Positions 33,895 to 36,026 of a DNA stretch of 36,026 bases are shown in pieces. This DNA is from a virus (lineage: Duplodnaviria > Caudoviricetes): positions 1 through 36,026 of IMG/VR virus record IMGVR_UViG_3300030392_000710. One strand, given 5' to 3'. The notes beneath the pieces were generated by a model, which worked only from the letters and a program-made list of their open reading frames with translations, did not search any database and had not been told where the DNA came from. Position 1 is the first letter of the stretch, and each line of letters starts with the position of its first letter. Position numbers and translations under genes: made by a program.

Positions 33895-34173
33895 GGTTTT
33901 TGGTGTTGGCTATAAAATAGCCAGCACCCCGCTTGCGGAGGAAGGTGTTATATGCATCGCATGTAACACTGTTTTGACTAGAAATCCTGGTGTATTTTTT
34001 ATAAAGTTCCTTACATGAACCAATGAACATTCCCCCTTGTTGTGGGTTGCTGGGCTGTGTGCTTTGTGTAATTATTGTGTTTTACACCCTAGTGCCCTTA
34101 GCCGATTGCTGGAGTTCAAACGGGGATAGTGTGTTCAGAGTGTGGTCCCCGCAGATGAACCACCCTGAACTTT

Positions 34174-36006
34174 TTGAGGAATGAGTGGTGGAATTTTCCA
34201 AAATTTTTTATTTTTATGCCCCCACCCGCAGCATATAGCCGTGGTGCGGGGGTTTACGCCCCCCCGGTGCGTTTGCCGCCGGACCCCAGTTGGGGTTTTG
34301 GCAAGAGTATACAGGGTGGTATTGGCCGTTGGTTACGTGCTGTGCCCGAAACCAACACGGGGCTGCTCTCCACCAATGTTGGCCGTGGCGACGAGCAGCC
34401 CGAGTGGCGGCGTAAAATACTTGAGCAGGTTGAGCGTGGTGAGATTCCCCGTTCTTACTACCATCTGATGTCGCGAGAGATGCCGGCCAACATATCGCCT
34501 GCCCAAGCCGTATGGGGCGCGGGCCTTTTGACGGGCGTGGGCGGTATTGCCGAGGCTGCCGGTAAGTACCCTGAACCCCCTGCCTATGGCACCAGCATTT
34601 ACGAGATGGCTACTGGCCCCCGCAGCCCCAGTGCGGAGGAACACTGGCAGACGGGGCATCCGTGGATAGCCGGGTTGCAGGGTGTGGGTGCCGTATTGCC
34701 CGCTGCGGCTTATGGCAGGGCAGCTTTACGGTCTGCCCCTGTGCAGAGGGGCATTGCCAGTTTAAGAGGCACCAGACCCGTGGCAGAGGCCGGTGCTGAT
34801 TTACCCGACCCCACCCGCCGTGCTTTATTGGCTGGAGGCATAGGCGCTGTGGCGGCTGCGCCGTTTGCTGGTATGCGCCGTTTGTTAACCCCTGCGGCTG
34901 AGTCCGTTGGTGCGGCTGAGGCTGCTGGTACTGGTGCGCGTGCGGCGGCGGCGGTTGCTGCGCCCACGGTGGCCGGAGCGGAGAGTTTTTTACGCCGCTT
35001 GCCCAATTTTTGGACTGAAGCCTATTCTGCTGGTACGCGGGCGGCAAATGTGGCTGGGGGGAGAATTAGCGAGCGTGTGGCTACTCTTGCAAGGAGGAAC
35101 ATAAGCCCGAACCCTATGTCGGAGGTGCGTAATACAGAAGGCGTACAGGGGCTTGAAAATGCCCTGCGCGGACCTGAAGCCTATAGAGTACCCTACAGTG
35201 GTGGGGAAAGAGCGTTGCCGGAGATCCCGCGTGGCACCCCCCCGTCGCCTGAACTCAACAGGGTGGCGGATGAGTTTTTCCACCCCCATGGGGTTTTACT
35301 CGACCTTGACATCCCCCGCACACGTAATAGACCACGTCTAAGCGGCGAGTTGGACCCTACTCAGTTGGACCCTGCTCATTTTAACTACGGGCTTGAAGAA
35401 CTAGACACTTTAACTTTTACCCGCATGGACGAACTGTTGCGCCAAGACCAAAACCTGACCAGCATGAACATGCGGCTAAACAGACCGTCTAGAGCTATGG
35501 ATGAAGCGTCTGTAAGAGAGATTACAGAGGGCGTTGCTGAGGGTGCCGAAACGGCCCGCCAAGCGTTTCTCCCCAACGCTATAGCCCAAACGGCCCCCCG
35601 CAGAGTACTGAACCTGCAGACTGACGAATTCCTAACCGAAGCCGCAGACCCCGCCCTTGTTGACAAGTTGGCAGAGATAGACACTTTACCCCCACATACT
35701 TTTTCCGCCGCATTAACGAAAATTACCGATGCCCCCGCCGCCGCCCGCACCGGCCCCTTTGAAGGCCGCCACATAGCCCGTTACTACGTTATAGACGATG
35801 TCCCCGTTGTTACCCTTAGCTACAGTGACGATGTACTCAGAGCCAACAACCTCAACCGTGCCCACACCGACATTGTGATACACCCCAGTCGGGCGGGTAT
35901 ACTCCAAATGATAACCCCCCCCGGCGAACCCATAAGTATGGGGCAGACAGTAGGAAGCCCAACTATCTACGTTGAAAAAATGCAAAAAATGCGCAGTTCC
36001 GAATAA
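34174..36006 (+). CDS. Large hypothetical protein (up to 610 aa; start uncertain, ATG 34216 possible), possibly virion-associated
   Basis: Long ORF with an Ala/Gly-rich middle, a GIASL motif and internal DPTRRALLAGG. Confidence 0.6.
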   Translation: MRNEWWNFPKFFIFMPPPAAYSRGAGVYAPPVRLPPDPSWGFGKSIQGGIGRWLRAVPETNTGLLSTNVGRGDEQPEWRRKILEQVERGEIPRSYYHLMSREMPANISPAQAVWGAGLLTGVGGIAEAAGKYPEPPAYGTSIYEMATGPRSPSAEEHWQTGHPWIAGLQGVGAVLPAAAYGRAALRSAPVQRGIASLRGTRPVAEAGADLPDPTRRALLAGGIGAVAAAPFAGMRRLLTPAAESVGAAEAAGTGARAAAAVAAPTVAGAESFLRRLPNFWTEAYSAGTRAANVAGGRISERVATLARRNISPNPMSEVRNTEGVQGLENALRGPEAYRVPYSGGERALPEIPRGTPPSPELNRVADEFFHPHGVLLDLDIPRTRNRPRLSGELDPTQLDPAHFNYGLEELDTLTFTRMDELLRQDQNLTSMNMRLNRPSRAMDEASVREITEGVAEGAETARQAFLPNAIAQTAPRRVLNLQTDEFLTEAADPALVDKLAEIDTLPPHTFSAALTKITDAPAAARTGPFEGRHIARYYVIDDVPVVTLSYSDDVLRANNLNRAHTDIVIHPSRAGILQMITPPGEPISMGQTVGSPTIYVEKMQKMRSSE

Positions 36007-36026
36007 AACCCCCATGCCCCTGTACT

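Larger units (their letters stand above)
33083..33938. other. 856-nt island containing no GA or TC dinucleotide
   Basis: Read line by line: last TC at 33082-33083, next GA at 33938-33939, none between. Confidence 0.92.

Noticed and set aside
33083-33938. Island explained by simple GATC (Dam/DpnII-type) avoidance
   Set aside because: GATC occurs repeatedly elsewhere (e.g. twice at 32104-32117), and the island excludes every GA and TC, not one 4-mer.
100-36015. Many overlapping antisense or alternate-frame ORFs in the track (e.g. 1463..1807, 8838..9230, 16249..16710, 16361..16615, 32295..32678, 34610..35047)
   Set aside because: They are shadows of longer motif-bearing genes and lack an RBS. 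Minus-strand ORFs at 25.4-29.3 kb share 'PFCGCLYPYSI' only because they translate the repeat's reverse complement.

Overview
A 36-kb fragment of a tailed dsDNA phage genome (Caudoviricetes; the gene content resembles uncultured aquatic podovirus-like phages), almost all on the + strand. Left to right: (1) large probable virion/ejection proteins (1-7.9 kb); (2) a minus-strand SNF2 helicase and a divergent intergenic region with tandem hairpin repeats; (3) a replication and DNA-modification operon (GT-B glycosyltransferase, SSB-like protein, AEP primase, UvrD helicase, 5-hmdU DNA kinase-like protein with an apparent ATC start, thymidylate-synthase-family dUMP hydroxymethylase, MazG-like protein, PolA, HD nucleotidase); (4) a GH108 endolysin; (5) about 30 small accessory genes, many behind a repeated ~50-nt promoter+RBS cassette, plus a 166-nt structured RNA candidate; (6) terminase small subunit and a PD-(D/E)xK nuclease; (7) stand-alone transcription units at 31.4-33.9 kb. 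The strongest signal is at 33083-33938. This whole unit (promoter, RBS, 209-aa gene, terminator) has no GA or TC dinucleotide on either strand, so its protein has no Asp or Glu, while an unconstrained paralog sits 1.7 kb upstream. Given the thymidine-hypermodification genes, this suggests a 'modification-free bootstrap gene' system (inference). All calls come from reading motifs by eye; no database searches were run.
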